Positions 1 to 10,102 of a stretch of DNA of 48,870 bases are shown here, in pieces. The position numbers and the translations under genes were made by a program. The DNA is from Ginsengibacter sp. (GTDB taxonomy: Bacteria > Bacteroidota > Bacteroidia > Chitinophagales > Chitinophagaceae): the NCBI GenBank assembly GCA_040005535.1, contig JBDTYU010000308.1:1-48870 (forward strand), in the 5' to 3' direction. How positions within the stretch are numbered: position 1 is the first letter of the stretch; every line of letters starts with the position of its first letter. The notes beneath the pieces were generated by a model, which saw only the letters and a program-made list of their open reading frames with translations, had not been told where the DNA came from and did no database searches.

Positions 1-14
1 CGGTGTCCCCACCG
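1..14. repeat. GC-rich REP-like palindrome at the window edge (probably truncated)
   Basis: CGGTG-TCCC-CACCG hairpin within a GC-rich stretch (1-73) downstream of uxs, in an otherwise AT-rich window. Confidence 0.35.
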
Positions 15-73
15 CCCACTATCAGCCTGGCCGTGCGACAATTTGGAATGCACCCATCCAATCCCGGTTGAGC

Positions 74-1087
74 TTAATTATGTCTATGCTTACTTTCTTC
101 AAAGAAATCTTTGCGTAAAAATTCTTTAGGAAGTTTGAATAACTCTTCTTTTGGCAACGATTTAAAATATTCATAAGTAATCTTCAACCCTTCTGCCCTC
201 TTAACTTTTGGTTCCCAATTTAAAAGCTCTTTTGCTTTTGAAATGTCAGGCTGCCTTTGTTTTGGATCATCCTGGGGTAAGGGCATATAAACTATTTTTT
301 GCTTTGTTGCCGTTAGTGCAATTATTTCTTCTGCAAATTCTTTTAACGTAATCTGGTCAGGGTTACCAATATTCACAGGCATTGAATAATCACATAACAA
401 AAGACGATAGATGCCATCAACCATATCATCAACATAACAAAAGCTCCTCGTTTGGCTGCCATCACCAAAAACAGTGAGGTCTTCACCACGAAGTGCCTGG
501 CCTATAAAAGCGGGTAAAGCCCTGCCATCATTCAGTCTCATCCGCGGACCATAGGTATTAAATATTCTTACAATTCTCGTTTCTAATCCGTGAAAACTAT
601 GATACGCAGTTGTGATAGCTTCCTGAAAACGCTTAGCCTCATCATAAACGCCGCGTGGGCCCACAGGGTTTACGTTTCCCCAATACTCCTCGCTCTGAGG
701 ATGCACCTTTGGATCTCCATATACTTCACTTGTAGAAGCTACTAAAATTCTTGCTCTTTTTGAAAGTGCAAGCCCCAGACAGTTGTGTGTTCCAAGCGAG
801 CCAACTTTTAAAGTTTGAATTGGAATTTTTAAATAATCGATAGGACTTGCGGGGGAAGCAAAGTGTAAAATATAATCAAGTTGCCCCGGAACATGAATAA
901 ATTTTGAAACATCATTATGAGAAAATTCAAAATTTTCCAGTTTAAAAAGATGCTGAATATTTTTTAAATCGCCAGTTATCAGGTTATCCATACCTATCAC
1001 GTGCATACCTTCTTTGATAAACCTATCGCAAAGATGTGAGCCCAAAAATCCTGCGGCCCCGGTAATAAGAATTCTTTTGTTTGACAT
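74..1087 (-). CDS. uxs: UDP-glucuronate decarboxylase (UDP-xylose synthase), SDR family
   Basis: GAAGFLGSH Rossmann motif; [43 protein letters not shown] motifs; adjacent to ugd. Confidence 0.9.
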   Translation of the reverse strand: MSNKRILITGAAGFLGSHLCDRFIKEGMHVIGMDNLITGDLKNIQHLFKLENFEFSHNDVSKFIHVPGQLDYILHFASPASPIDYLKIPIQTLKVGSLGTHNCLGLALSKRARILVASTSEVYGDPKVHPQSEEYWGNVNPVGPRGVYDEAKRFQEAITTAYHSFHGLETRIVRIFNTYGPRMRLNDGRALPAFIGQALRGEDLTVFGDGSQTRSFCYVDDMVDGIYRLLLCDYSMPVNIGNPDQITLKEFAEEIIALTATKQKIVYMPLPQDDPKQRQPDISKAKELLNWEPKVKRAEGLKITYEYFKSLPKEELFKLPKEFLRKDFFEESKHRHN

Positions 1088-1147
1088 TATTTATGACAAG
1101 AATTTTTAATCACGAATTCATTTTCACAATTTGAAATCTTCACTCCC

Positions 1148-1174
1148 ACATTACCGAATTAGCACATTAGCTAA
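1148..1174. repeat. Degenerate 8-bp tandem array
   Basis: acattacc gaattagc acattagc ta; its reverse complement closely matches 7222-7237. Confidence 0.45.
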
Positions 1175-1179
1175 CCCGG

Positions 1180-2520
1180 CTAATTAATAATTTTTCTTCC
1201 TACGCTTTCATAATGGAATCCACATTCTTCCATTTGGTATAATTCAAAGAGATTTCTACCATCGAAAATAACAGGATTCTTTAAAAGCGATTTCATTCTA
1301 TTAAAATCCGGGGTCCTGAATTCACTCCATTCTGTTGCAATCAATAATGCGTCCGCATTTTCAAGGGCGTCATATTGATTTTCGGCATAAGTAATTTTAT
1401 CTCCAATTTCTTTTTTTACATTTTCCATTGCCTCAGGATCATACGCAATAATGGTGGCACCTTTCGCTGTTAGCTCATCAATTATTTTTAATGATGGCGC
1501 TTCACGTATATCATCAGTACTGGGTTTAAAAGACAATCCCCATAAGGCTATTTTCTTTCCCTTGATATCATTCTTAAAAAAGGAATAAACTTTAGGCAGA
1601 AGATGAATTTTTTGACTTTCATTTACCTCCATCACTGCTTCCAATATTTTAAAATCGTAATTAGCCTGATGTGCAGATTTCGATAATGCTTTTACATCTT
1701 TTGGAAAACAACTTCCACCATAACCAATGCCGGAAAATAAAAACCTTTTACCAATTCTGTCATCACTGCCCATTCCTTTTCGTATCATATCTACATCTGC
1801 CCCGAACCTTTCACATAGCTGTGCAATCTCATTCATAAAAGAAATTTTTGTAGCAAGAAATGCATTAGCGGCATATTTAGTAAGTTCTGCAGATTTTTCA
1901 TCCATATGAATGATTGGATTTCCCTGGCGTACAAATGGTGCATATAATTCTCCTAATAATTTCTGTGCTTTTTCCGATGAAGTACCAATAACAACACGAT
2001 TGGGTTTCATAAAATCTTCTACTGCCACCCCTTCCCGCAGAAATTCAGGATTGCTTACCACATCAAATAATTCATCCGCATTTTCAATTTCTCTTTCCTG
2101 TAAACTTTTTAAAATATATTGGCGAACCTTTTCTGCGGTTCCAACGGGCACAGTACTTTTGTTAATAATTATTTTATACTCATCTTTTTTTAAAAGCTTT
2201 CCAATATTTCCTGCAACATTTAAAATATATTTTAAGTCTGCGCTGCCATCCTCATCGGGTGGTGTGGGCAATGCGAGAATAATAATGCGTGCATCATTTA
2301 TTCCATCCTCCAGCGATGTAGTAAATTTTAACCGTCCTTCTTTTTCATTACGAACAAAAAATTTTTCCAGCCCGGGCTCATATATCGTTACTTTTCCGGA
2401 AGATAATTTTTTTACTTTTTGCTCATCTATATCCACGCACATAACCATGTTCCCTGTTTCGGCAAAGCAGGTTCCTGTAACCAATCCGACATATCCCGTT
2501 CCTATTACTGCAATATTCAT
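1180..2520 (-). CDS. ugd: UDP-glucose 6-dehydrogenase
   Basis: GTGYVG, NKSTVPVGT, NPEFLREG, catalytic GYGGSCFPKD, FKPSTDDIRE. Confidence 0.95.
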   Translation of the reverse strand: MNIAVIGTGYVGLVTGTCFAETGNMVMCVDIDEQKVKKLSSGKVTIYEPGLEKFFVRNEKEGRLKFTTSLEDGINDARIIILALPTPPDEDGSADLKYILNVAGNIGKLLKKDEYKIIINKSTVPVGTAEKVRQYILKSLQEREIENADELFDVVSNPEFLREGVAVEDFMKPNRVVIGTSSEKAQKLLGELYAPFVRQGNPIIHMDEKSAELTKYAANAFLATKISFMNEIAQLCERFGADVDMIRKGMGSDDRIGKRFLFSGIGYGGSCFPKDVKALSKSAHQANYDFKILEAVMEVNESQKIHLLPKVYSFFKNDIKGKKIALWGLSFKPSTDDIREAPSLKIIDELTAKGATIIAYDPEAMENVKKEIGDKITYAENQYDALENADALLIATEWSEFRTPDFNRMKSLLKNPVIFDGRNLFELYQMEECGFHYESVGRKIIN

Positions 2521-2525
2521 TTCTT

Positions 2526-3671
2526 TTATTTATTTATAAACTCTAAAACTTTTCCTGTAATAAAACTTTGCTGTTCTTCATCCAGTTCCGTATGTATAGG
2601 CAATGAAATAACTCTTTCTGTAAGCCAGTCAGTTTTTTTAAGTATAAAATCGCCACCACCAAATGCAGCAAACATCTTTTGTTTGTGTGCCGGTACAGGA
2701 TAATATAACATAGAAGGAATATTATTTTCGGCCAAAAAATTAGTAAGTCTTTCCCTATAACCAACAGGATCATCAATATTTTTTAGAACAATTGTGTATT
2801 GATGAAACACATGTTTGCAATAATCGGCACGAAATGGAGTCGTAATCTTATCATGGCCTGCAAAAGCATTGTCATAATAATCAGCCGCTTTTATTCTTGC
2901 GTCAATATAGCCATCCAACAACGGTAATTTTATATTTAATATTGCAGCCTGTAATGCATCAAGCCTCGAATTGCAACCCACAATTTCATGATAATACCTT
3001 GTTTTTTGTCCATGGTTAGCAATCATTTTTAATTTTTCGGCAAGAGCGTCATCATTGGTAAAAAGAGCACCACCATCACCATAACAACCTAAGTTTTTAC
3101 TGGGAAAAAATGATGTACTGCCAATTGTACCCATGCTTCCTGATTTTTTTGTTGTACCATCCTTAGAACGATAATCGCCACCTATTGCCTGTGCAGCATC
3201 TTCAATTACATATAAATTGTGGTCGCGGGCTATTTCCATTATAACATCCATATCAGCCGAATGGCCGTATAAATGAACAGGAACAATTGCTTTGGTTTTT
3301 GGAGTTATCGCTTTTCTTATTTCTTCAGGATCAACACAAAAAGTGTTTGTTTCTACTTCTACAAATACCGGTTTCAATTTTAATAAAGCAATTACTTCTG
3401 TTGTAGCAACGTAGGTAAATGAAGGTGTTATCACTTCATCACCCGGCTCAAGCCCTAATGCCATCATTGCAATCTGGAGAGCATCTGTACCATTTGCACA
3501 GGGGATTACATGCTTAACTCCCATGTATTGAGAAAGATTTTTTGCAAAACCATTTACCTGCGGGCCTCCAATAAATACCGAACTGTCCAAAACTTCGAGT
3601 ATTGCTTTATCAACTTCATTTTTTATTTTGTGATATTGCTGCTTTAAATCAACCATTTGAATAGCCCTCAT
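2526..3671 (-). CDS. DegT/DnrJ/EryC1/StrS PLP-dependent sugar aminotransferase (WbpE-like)
   Basis: ANGTDAL, IEDAAQA, SFFPSKNLGCYGDGG (PLP lysine), NSRLD; start moved to ATG 3671 (MRAIQMVDL), downstream of the promoter motif. Confidence 0.9.
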   Translation of the reverse strand: MRAIQMVDLKQQYHKIKNEVDKAILEVLDSSVFIGGPQVNGFAKNLSQYMGVKHVIPCANGTDALQIAMMALGLEPGDEVITPSFTYVATTEVIALLKLKPVFVEVETNTFCVDPEEIRKAITPKTKAIVPVHLYGHSADMDVIMEIARDHNLYVIEDAAQAIGGDYRSKDGTTKKSGSMGTIGSTSFFPSKNLGCYGDGGALFTNDDALAEKLKMIANHGQKTRYYHEIVGCNSRLDALQAAILNIKLPLLDGYIDARIKAADYYDNAFAGHDKITTPFRADYCKHVFHQYTIVLKNIDDPVGYRERLTNFLAENNIPSMLYYPVPAHKQKMFAAFGGGDFILKKTDWLTERVISLPIHTELDEEQQSFITGKVLEFINK

Positions 3672-3692
3672 AATACCTGTTTTTAAAGGGCG

Positions 3693-3700
3693 CAAAGATA
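3693..3700 (-). promoter_or_regulatory. Bacteroidota -7 promoter element for the DegT-ugd-uxs genes
   Basis: TATCTTTG on the minus strand matches TAnnTTTG, 21 nt upstream of ATG 3671. Confidence 0.7.
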
Positions 3701-3784
3701 GTAATTGATACAGGAAAAGGAAATTAGAAATTATCAGTCATAGATTTCTTTAGAAGAAATTAGATTTGTATGAAAACATAACGG

Positions 3785-5068
3785 TTGATTATATTTTACA
3801 ATCTATTTCTTGCTGTTTATTTTGCAGGCATTTGTATTGCCTCACTCTGGAATAAAAAAGCAAAATTGTGGATTAACGGAAGAAAAAAGTTTTTTAAAAC
3901 TCTGCGAAAAACTTATATCTCTCAACAAAAGACAGTGTGGATGCATTGTGCCAGTCTTGGCGAATTTGAACAAGGCAGGCCGGTATTAAAAAAAATAGCA
4001 GAAGATTTTCCAGATGTCTCTATTGTCATAACTTTTTTTTCTCCATCAGGATATGAAATTGCAATCAACGATAAAGATTTTAAACAGGTTTTTTATCTGC
4101 CCCTGGATTCACCCCGTAATGCAAAAGAGCTAATCAATATTTTTAAGCCCGATTTGGTGCTTTGGGTGAAATATGAATATTGGTTCTATTACCTGAGAGA
4201 ATTAAAGAAGAAGAATATTCCTGTTCTGCTTATTTCGGGAGTATATAGAAAAAGCCAGCCATTTTTTAAATGGTATGGAAAATTGTGGCAAAATATGCTG
4301 AAGATATTTACACATTTTTTTGTGCAGGAACCAGCTTCAGAAAAGTATTTACAGAAAATAATTTCTGCAGAAAAAATCACCGTTTCGGGAGATACAAGAT
4401 GTGATCGTGTAATCAATATTGAAGAAAATTTTACTGAGGTGGCAGGTATTGCTGATTTTTGCGAAAACAAAAAAGTAATTGTGGCAGGAAGCACCTGGGA
4501 AGATGATGAAGCCGAATGGGTTCATTTTGTAAAGCAGCATCCTGAAATAAAATTTATAATTGCTCCTCATGAAATAGACGCAGAGAATCTTGCTTTTGTA
4601 AAAAAAGAATTTCGTGGATCAATATTTTATTCAGAATGGATGGAAAATCAGGTATCGGGTATCAGGTATCAGGTATCAGGTATCCAAAATCTGGCATACA
4701 ACTGCCTTATCATTGATAATATTGGAATGCTTTCAAGATTGTATAAATATGCAACAATCACCTATGTAGGTGGAGGTTTTGGCTATAACGGGCTTCATAA
4801 CATACTTGAAGCAGCCGTGTATGGCAAGCCTGTAATTTTTGGCCCTGAATATGAAAAAAATTTTGAAGCAGAAGAGTTGATTAATTGCACAGGTGGAATA
4901 AGTATTGAGAATGCACTGGAGTTAGAAAAGGTTGTAAATAATTTATTAAATAGTGATGAAGAAATTCTATCACGCGGAGCAGCTTCAAAAAACTATGTGT
5001 ATAAAAATGCAGGGGCTACAGAAAAAATTATTTCCTACATTCAAAAGAATCGCCTTTTTACCAATTGA
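3785..5068 (+). CDS. waaA: 3-deoxy-D-manno-octulosonic acid (Kdo) transferase
   Basis: N-terminal TM segment; WMHCASLGEFEQG, FFSPSGY, YLPLDS, GDTR, AGSTW, IIAPHE, HNILEAAVYGKPVIFGP; TTG start with TAGATTTG at 3761-3768. Confidence 0.92.
   Translation: MIIFYNLFLAVYFAGICIASLWNKKAKLWINGRKKFFKTLRKTYISQQKTVWMHCASLGEFEQGRPVLKKIAEDFPDVSIVITFFSPSGYEIAINDKDFKQVFYLPLDSPRNAKELINIFKPDLVLWVKYEYWFYYLRELKKKNIPVLLISGVYRKSQPFFKWYGKLWQNMLKIFTHFFVQEPASEKYLQKIISAEKITVSGDTRCDRVINIEENFTEVAGIADFCENKKVIVAGSTWEDDEAEWVHFVKQHPEIKFIIAPHEIDAENLAFVKKEFRGSIFYSEWMENQVSGIRYQVSGIQNLAYNCLIIDNIGMLSRLYKYATITYVGGGFGYNGLHNILEAAVYGKPVIFGPEYEKNFEAEELINCTGGISIENALELEKVVNNLLNSDEEILSRGAASKNYVYKNAGATEKIISYIQKNRLFTN
4647..4684 (+). repeat. 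Intragenic heptamer tandem repeat (ATCAGGT)x5 in waaA
   Basis: atcaggt atcgggt atcaggt atcaggt atcaggt atc; encodes QVSGIRYQVSGI. Confidence 0.95.
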
Positions 5069-5781
5069 TCAAATTGTTTTACAATAGGATCACTGTCCAG
5101 CCAGCCTATTTTTACTTTTAATTCTCTCCTGATCCAGTATTCTGCTTCAGCAAATATTGAAAAGTTCTGGATTGTTTTTATACTGCGTTCATACATGGCT
5201 TCATCGCCGCGAAATAATTCACTTATAAATAAAAAGCGGTCGTTTATACCAATAGCTTTTTTAAGGTCTTTGATAGGAGCATCGGTAAGTTTATCAGAAA
5301 GTTCAGTTTTTATTTCTTTCAGGCGGTCATTCAATGATTCGGAATGTCTGAAAGGTATTTCATTTTTTAAAAAATCTTTTTTCGCTAAAGGAGTTTGGTG
5401 AGCAAGTGTAGGCACGTCTTCAATAGGATCATAAACAAACAATGGTCTTGCATTTGTTACCATAGAATTAACTGCTTCAGCATTTCTTTTTATCTGCTCA
5501 AGCTCTTTCTCAATTTCTTTTTCATCTACCTGTAAAACTTCTATGACTTTTTCTTCTGAAATATTTTCGTGTGAATAAGCTTTGTTAACACCAGCCTGAA
5601 ATACATTCAAAGACATGGGCATAATCACCGATACTTTACCCTCGTTAAGCTCCTTTTTTATTTCCTGCTGACTTTGTAATTCTGCCTGCAACATTTGCAC
5701 AGTATGCAAAAGCATTTGAGCAGATGCATTTTCATCAAGCTGTCGTTGTAATTTTTTTATGAGTGTTGACACTCTTTCCAT
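5041..5781 (-). CDS. Conserved hypothetical protein (helical/coiled-coil)
   Basis: 246-aa ORF; the C-terminal block IKDLKKAIGINDRFLFISELF...FDQLVKRRF resembles a Bacteroidota hypothetical family; overlaps the waaA 3' end by 28 nt. Confidence 0.8.
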   Translation of the reverse strand: MERVSTLIKKLQRQLDENASAQMLLHTVQMLQAELQSQQEIKKELNEGKVSVIMPMSLNVFQAGVNKAYSHENISEEKVIEVLQVDEKEIEKELEQIKRNAEAVNSMVTNARPLFVYDPIEDVPTLAHQTPLAKKDFLKNEIPFRHSESLNDRLKEIKTELSDKLTDAPIKDLKKAIGINDRFLFISELFRGDEAMYERSIKTIQNFSIFAEAEYWIRRELKVKIGWLDSDPIVKQFDQLVKRRFF

Positions 5782-5907
5782 GTAGAAATTTGATCTTAGA
5801 TTTGGATTTTGCAGGATATTAAATGTTTGCTTTGAAATAAAGTAAATTCATTTTAACCTTGCAATTAAAGCTAAGTTACAAATTGAATTTAAAACGAAAT
5901 ACAAAAA

Positions 5908-6474
5908 ATGTTTATAGAACCCAATTTTAAAGGTGAGCGAAGGGGATGGATAGAAGTGATTTGCGGAAGCATGTTCAGTGGTAAAACCGAAGAATTAATA
6001 CGCAGGCTAAGAAGAGTGGCAATTGCCAACCTGAAAGCAGAAATATTTAAACCTTCAGCAGATATGCGTTACGATGATATAAAGATTGTAAGCCATGATG
6101 AAAATAAAATCCAATCAACACCTGTGGATAATTCTAAAACAATTCTTATGCTGGCACAGAATGTTGATGTAGTTGGAATTGATGAAGCACAGTTTTTTGA
6201 TGATGAGATAACAACTGTTTGCGAACAGCTTGCATTGAATGGAACAAGGGTAATAGTCGCGGGGCTTGATATGGACTACCAGGGCAATCCCTTTGGGCAA
6301 ATGCCAAACCTGCTCGCCATCGCAGATTATATAACCAAGCTTCATGCAATTTGCATGAAATGCGGAAACATTGCCAATGTTAGTTATCGCAAAATTGATG
6401 TAGGTGGACAGGTGCTTCTTGGGGAAAAAGAAATTTATGAACCACGGTGCCGCATATGCGCTGCATTAGGATAA
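5908..6474 (+). CDS. tdk: Thymidine kinase
   Basis: [12 protein letters not shown]-loop, IDEAQFF, AGLDMD, Zn-binding CMKC and CRIC. Confidence 0.96.
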   Translation: MFIEPNFKGERRGWIEVICGSMFSGKTEELIRRLRRVAIANLKAEIFKPSADMRYDDIKIVSHDENKIQSTPVDNSKTILMLAQNVDVVGIDEAQFFDDEITTVCEQLALNGTRVIVAGLDMDYQGNPFGQMPNLLAIADYITKLHAICMKCGNIANVSYRKIDVGGQVLLGEKEIYEPRCRICAALG

Positions 6475-6556
6475 TTGTAGATTATATGACAATGCTCAGG
6501 TTAAAATCATTTTAGCATTGTTTATTGCCTGTTGATCATTGTCAATTGTTATTTGA

Positions 6557-7210
6557 ATGTCAAAAATTTTTACTTTATTAAAAAAAGATTTCTTGCTTGA
6601 ACTCAGGCAACAGCATACTTTTTTCGGAATATTATTATACGTTGCTTCTACCATTTTTGTTTTATACCTCGCAATGGGCCAGCCGGAAAGCACAGTGTAC
6701 AATGGCATCTTCTGGATGATACAATTATTCGTTTGCATAAACGCAGTTGCTAAAAGTTTCTTACAGGAAAGCAAAGGAAGAATGCTGTATTTTTTTTCTA
6801 TAACAAGCCCTGTAAGTTTTATAGTGGCAAAGCTTATTTACAGTACTCTTGTTATGCTGCTAATGGTTTTCGTAAGCCTTTTATTATTTAGAATTTTATT
6901 AGGTAACCCTGTAAATAATTATTTTCAATTCATTGCGATAGCTTGTCTTGGTGGTGTAAGTTTAAGCTTTGTTTTTACATTAATGGCTGCGATAGCAGCG
7001 AAAGCACAACAAAATGCAGCAGTGATGGCCATACTGGGATTTCCCTTAATTATACCACAATTGTTATTATTAATAAGACTTTCAAAAGTCGCTTTTGGAG
7101 AAGTATTTCGTGAAGGTGCATTGCTGCAGATTTCTCTCTTATTAATTGCAATGGATATTTTAGTTATTGTACTGGCAATTATATTATTCCCTTTTTTATG
7201 GAAGGACTGA
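6557..7210 (+). CDS. ccmB: Heme exporter protein CcmB (cytochrome c maturation ABC permease)
   Basis: About 6 TM helices; LLKKDFLLELR, KSFLQES, AILGFPLIIPQL and C-terminal LFPFLWKD as in Bacteroidota CcmB. Confidence 0.8.
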   Translation: MSKIFTLLKKDFLLELRQQHTFFGILLYVASTIFVLYLAMGQPESTVYNGIFWMIQLFVCINAVAKSFLQESKGRMLYFFSITSPVSFIVAKLIYSTLVMLLMVFVSLLLFRILLGNPVNNYFQFIAIACLGGVSLSFVFTLMAAIAAKAQQNAAVMAILGFPLIIPQLLLLIRLSKVAFGEVFREGALLQISLLLIAMDILVIVLAIILFPFLWKD

Positions 7211-7218
7211 ACTAATTA

Positions 7219-7337
7219 AATTAGCTAATGTGCAAATATGCTAATGACAACCGTGAAAAGTTTTTAATTAGCAATGCGAATATGATAATGAATAAATAGA
7301 CTTCTAATTGGCTAATTGGCTAATAATCAAATTAGTT
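7219..7337. repeat. Degenerate 8-bp periodic arrays between convergent ccmB and sucD
   Basis: aattagct aatgtgca aatatgct ... aatatgat aatgaata ... aattggct aattggct aataatca aattagtt. Confidence 0.6.
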
Positions 7338-7339
7338 AC

Positions 7340-8215
7340 TTAAAATCTTTTCATTACTTCTGCCATTGTTTTACCAATATCAGCAGGGCTTTCAACCACA
7401 TGAACACCGCACTCAGCGAGTATTTTCATTTTAGCAGCAGCAGTATCTTCAGCTCCGCCAACAATAGCACCTGCATGCCCCATCCGGCGACCGGCGGGTG
7501 CAGTCTGCCCTGCAATAAACCCAACCACGGCTTTAGTTCCATTTTCTTTTATCCACTTCGCAGCATCAGCTTCCATGCTTCCGCCAATTTCACCAATCAT
7601 TACTATGCCCTCTGTTTCTTTATCATTCATAAAAAGTTCTACAGCTTCTTTTGTTGTTGTTCCAATAATAGGATCACCACCGATGCCTATTGCTGTTGAA
7701 ATACCGAGGCCTGCTTTAGCAACCTGGTCTGCTGCTTCATAAGTAAGCGTACCTGATTTTGATACAATTCCTATTTTTCCTTTTTTGAAAATAAAGCCTG
7801 GCATAATACCAACTTTACATTCATCAGCAGTAATAACGCCGGGACAATTAGGGCCAATCAATCTTGCGTTAGTACCTAGTAAATAATTTTTTACTTTCAC
7901 CATATCCTGTACAGGTATTCCTTCTGTAATACAAACGATCAATTCTACTCCGCCATCCGCAGCTTCCATGATTGCATCTGCAGCAAATGCAGGTGGCACA
8001 AAAATGATACTTACATCAGCACCGGTTTCCTTTATGGCTTCTTCAACTGTATTAAAAACGGGACGGTCCAAATGCGCAGTTCCACCTTTATTGGGAGTAA
8101 CGCCGCCAACCACATTGGTTCCATATTCTATCATCTGTGTTGCATGGAAGGTTCCTTCTGTTCCTGTAAAACCCTGTACAATTATTTTTGAATTTTTATT
8201 TACTAATACTGACAT
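7340..8215 (-). CDS. sucD: Succinyl-CoA synthetase alpha subunit
   Basis: [26 protein letters not shown], phospho-His motif RRMGHAGA; TATATTTG promoter motif at 8235-8242 (minus). Confidence 0.97.
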   Translation of the reverse strand: MSVLVNKNSKIIVQGFTGTEGTFHATQMIEYGTNVVGGVTPNKGGTAHLDRPVFNTVEEAIKETGADVSIIFVPPAFAADAIMEAADGGVELIVCITEGIPVQDMVKVKNYLLGTNARLIGPNCPGVITADECKVGIMPGFIFKKGKIGIVSKSGTLTYEAADQVAKAGLGISTAIGIGGDPIIGTTTKEAVELFMNDKETEGIVMIGEIGGSMEADAAKWIKENGTKAVVGFIAGQTAPAGRRMGHAGAIVGGAEDTAAAKMKILAECGVHVVESPADIGKTMAEVMKRF

Positions 8216-8250
8216 GAATAAATTTTATGTTGGGCAAATATATGAAATAG

Positions 8251-8357
8251 CCCCTAACCCGAAAGGCGAATGGAACGCCTCATTAAACTCAAAATAAATT
8301 TAATAAAATAGTTATTTCAAATATTGTCTCTCTCCTTCGGAAAGGAGTTACGGAGAG
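8251..8357. repeat. Pair of degenerate REP-like hairpins between ade and sucD
   Basis: cccctaacccgaaaggcgaa (8251-8270) and ctccttcggaaaggag (8332-8347); similar to 38936-38965 and 23669-23716. Confidence 0.45.
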
Positions 8358-9988
8358 ATTATTTTAAAATCATCTCCGTCAAACAATCCTAAATCACTCA
8401 ACTTTACGTGAGGAATTACGAGCAATGCCATAAAAGATAATGTCATAAATGGCGCTGATAATTTTGAACCTAATTTCTTTGCGGCATTATCAAGCCCTGT
8501 ATATTTTTTGGCAACCTTATATCCATCATCATTGCTCATAAGCCCTGCAACTGGCAGTGGTAAAATTTTATCAAAAGAAGTCATTGCAGCATCTGCACAA
8601 CTAATTCCCCCTTTTTTTTCAATAATAAGATTCACAGCCCTGCAAAGGCTTTCATCATCAGCACCTACTGCAATAATGTTATGACTGTCATGTGCAACAG
8701 ATGAGGCAATGGCTCCTTTTTTCAATCCAAAATTTTTTACAAATGCCATTGAAACAGGTGCTTCTTTATAACGGTTTATTACAACCATTTTTAAAATATC
8801 ATTATCAATATCACTTACATATAAATCATTAACGATTTTTGGATTGAAAGTGAGTTTATTAGTTATAAGTTGTCCATCAAGTGCTTCAATCGCTATTAAT
8901 TCAGAGGTATTATCTTTTATTTTAAAATTAAAATCTAAAACACTTTTGTTCTTACAATTGAAATTATTTATCAAAATTGATTTTGTTGCAGCAATTTTTG
9001 ACGAACCATTTTCGGCAACAAGCATTCCGTTTATGTATGTTGATATAACATGAAAGTTTTGAAGATCTTTCACCACAATAAAATCCGCATCATCACCTGC
9101 TTTCAATAATCCAACATTCATGTTATAATGGCTTACAGGATTTACACAGGCAGCTTTTAATACTTTAAAGATATCAATCCCTTTTGCAACTGCTCTTTTA
9201 CAAAGTTCATTAATATGTCCTTTCACAAGGCTATCAGGATGTTTATCATCGCTGCAAAACATTATGTCATCTTCGTAATCGTTAAGCAAATCAATCAATG
9301 CTTCAAAATTTTTAGCAGCGCTACCTTCACGAATAAGGATCTTCATTCCATATTGTAATTTATCAAGCCCCTCTTCTTTTGTAAAACATTCATGATCGGT
9401 ACTTATGCCTGCCTCAATATATTTTTTTGCCGCTTCGCCTCTTAAGCCAGGAGCATGCCCGTCAACAGGTTTATTATAAATTTTCGCTGAATTAATTTTA
9501 GCCTCTACTTCTTCATCGTGATGCAAAACACCAGGAAAATTCATCATCTCACTTAAATAATTTATTTCATCTTTTGCCAAAAGTGTATCAACCTGTACAG
9601 CATTAAGTGCGGCACCTGCAGTTTCAAAAACTGTCGCAGGCACACAACTTGGTGCTCCGAAATAAAATTTGAATGGAACCTGTTTGCCGTTTTCTATCAT
9701 AAAGTCAACACCTTTCATTCCACATACATTGGCAATTTCATGCGGATCGCTTATGGTCGCAACGGTTCCATGAACCACTGCAAGCTTTGCAAATTCCGCC
9801 GGGACAAGCATTGAACTTTCAATATGCACATGTGCATCAATAAATCCTGGTAGTATATAATTTGTTTGTTGAACTGATCCATTGATCCTGTTAATGGATT
9901 TTATTCTTCCATTTTCAACAAGTACTTCTGCAGGAAAAATATCTTTAGATAATATATCAACAACATTTCCTGTAATATTAAAATTCAT
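8348..9988 (-). CDS. ade: Adenine deaminase
   Basis: [52 protein letters not shown]. Confidence 0.95.
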   Translation of the reverse strand: MNFNITGNVVDILSKDIFPAEVLVENGRIKSINRINGSVQQTNYILPGFIDAHVHIESSMLVPAEFAKLAVVHGTVATISDPHEIANVCGMKGVDFMIENGKQVPFKFYFGAPSCVPATVFETAGAALNAVQVDTLLAKDEINYLSEMMNFPGVLHHDEEVEAKINSAKIYNKPVDGHAPGLRGEAAKKYIEAGISTDHECFTKEEGLDKLQYGMKILIREGSAAKNFEALIDLLNDYEDDIMFCSDDKHPDSLVKGHINELCKRAVAKGIDIFKVLKAACVNPVSHYNMNVGLLKAGDDADFIVVKDLQNFHVISTYINGMLVAENGSSKIAATKSILINNFNCKNKSVLDFNFKIKDNTSELIAIEALDGQLITNKLTFNPKIVNDLYVSDIDNDILKMVVINRYKEAPVSMAFVKNFGLKKGAIASSVAHDSHNIIAVGADDESLCRAVNLIIEKKGGISCADAAMTSFDKILPLPVAGLMSNDDGYKVAKKYTGLDNAAKKLGSKLSAPFMTLSFMALLVIPHVKLSDLGLFDGDDFKIISP

Positions 9989-10102
9989 TCTACATATTTT
10001 TAAACCGTTTGAAGCGTAAATTAAATGTATTATTTATTGACAAAATTCAAAAAAAATAATGACTTGTTTATTGGCTTATCTTGCACGTTTAAATTTTTAA
10101 AA

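Noticed and set aside
1910-2539. 209-aa plus-strand ORF and other antisense or nested ORFs (e.g. 7968-8297, 24313-24951, 29745-30341, 32133-32468, 43964-44338)
   Set aside because: They are shadows of well-supported genes and carry no recognisable motifs.
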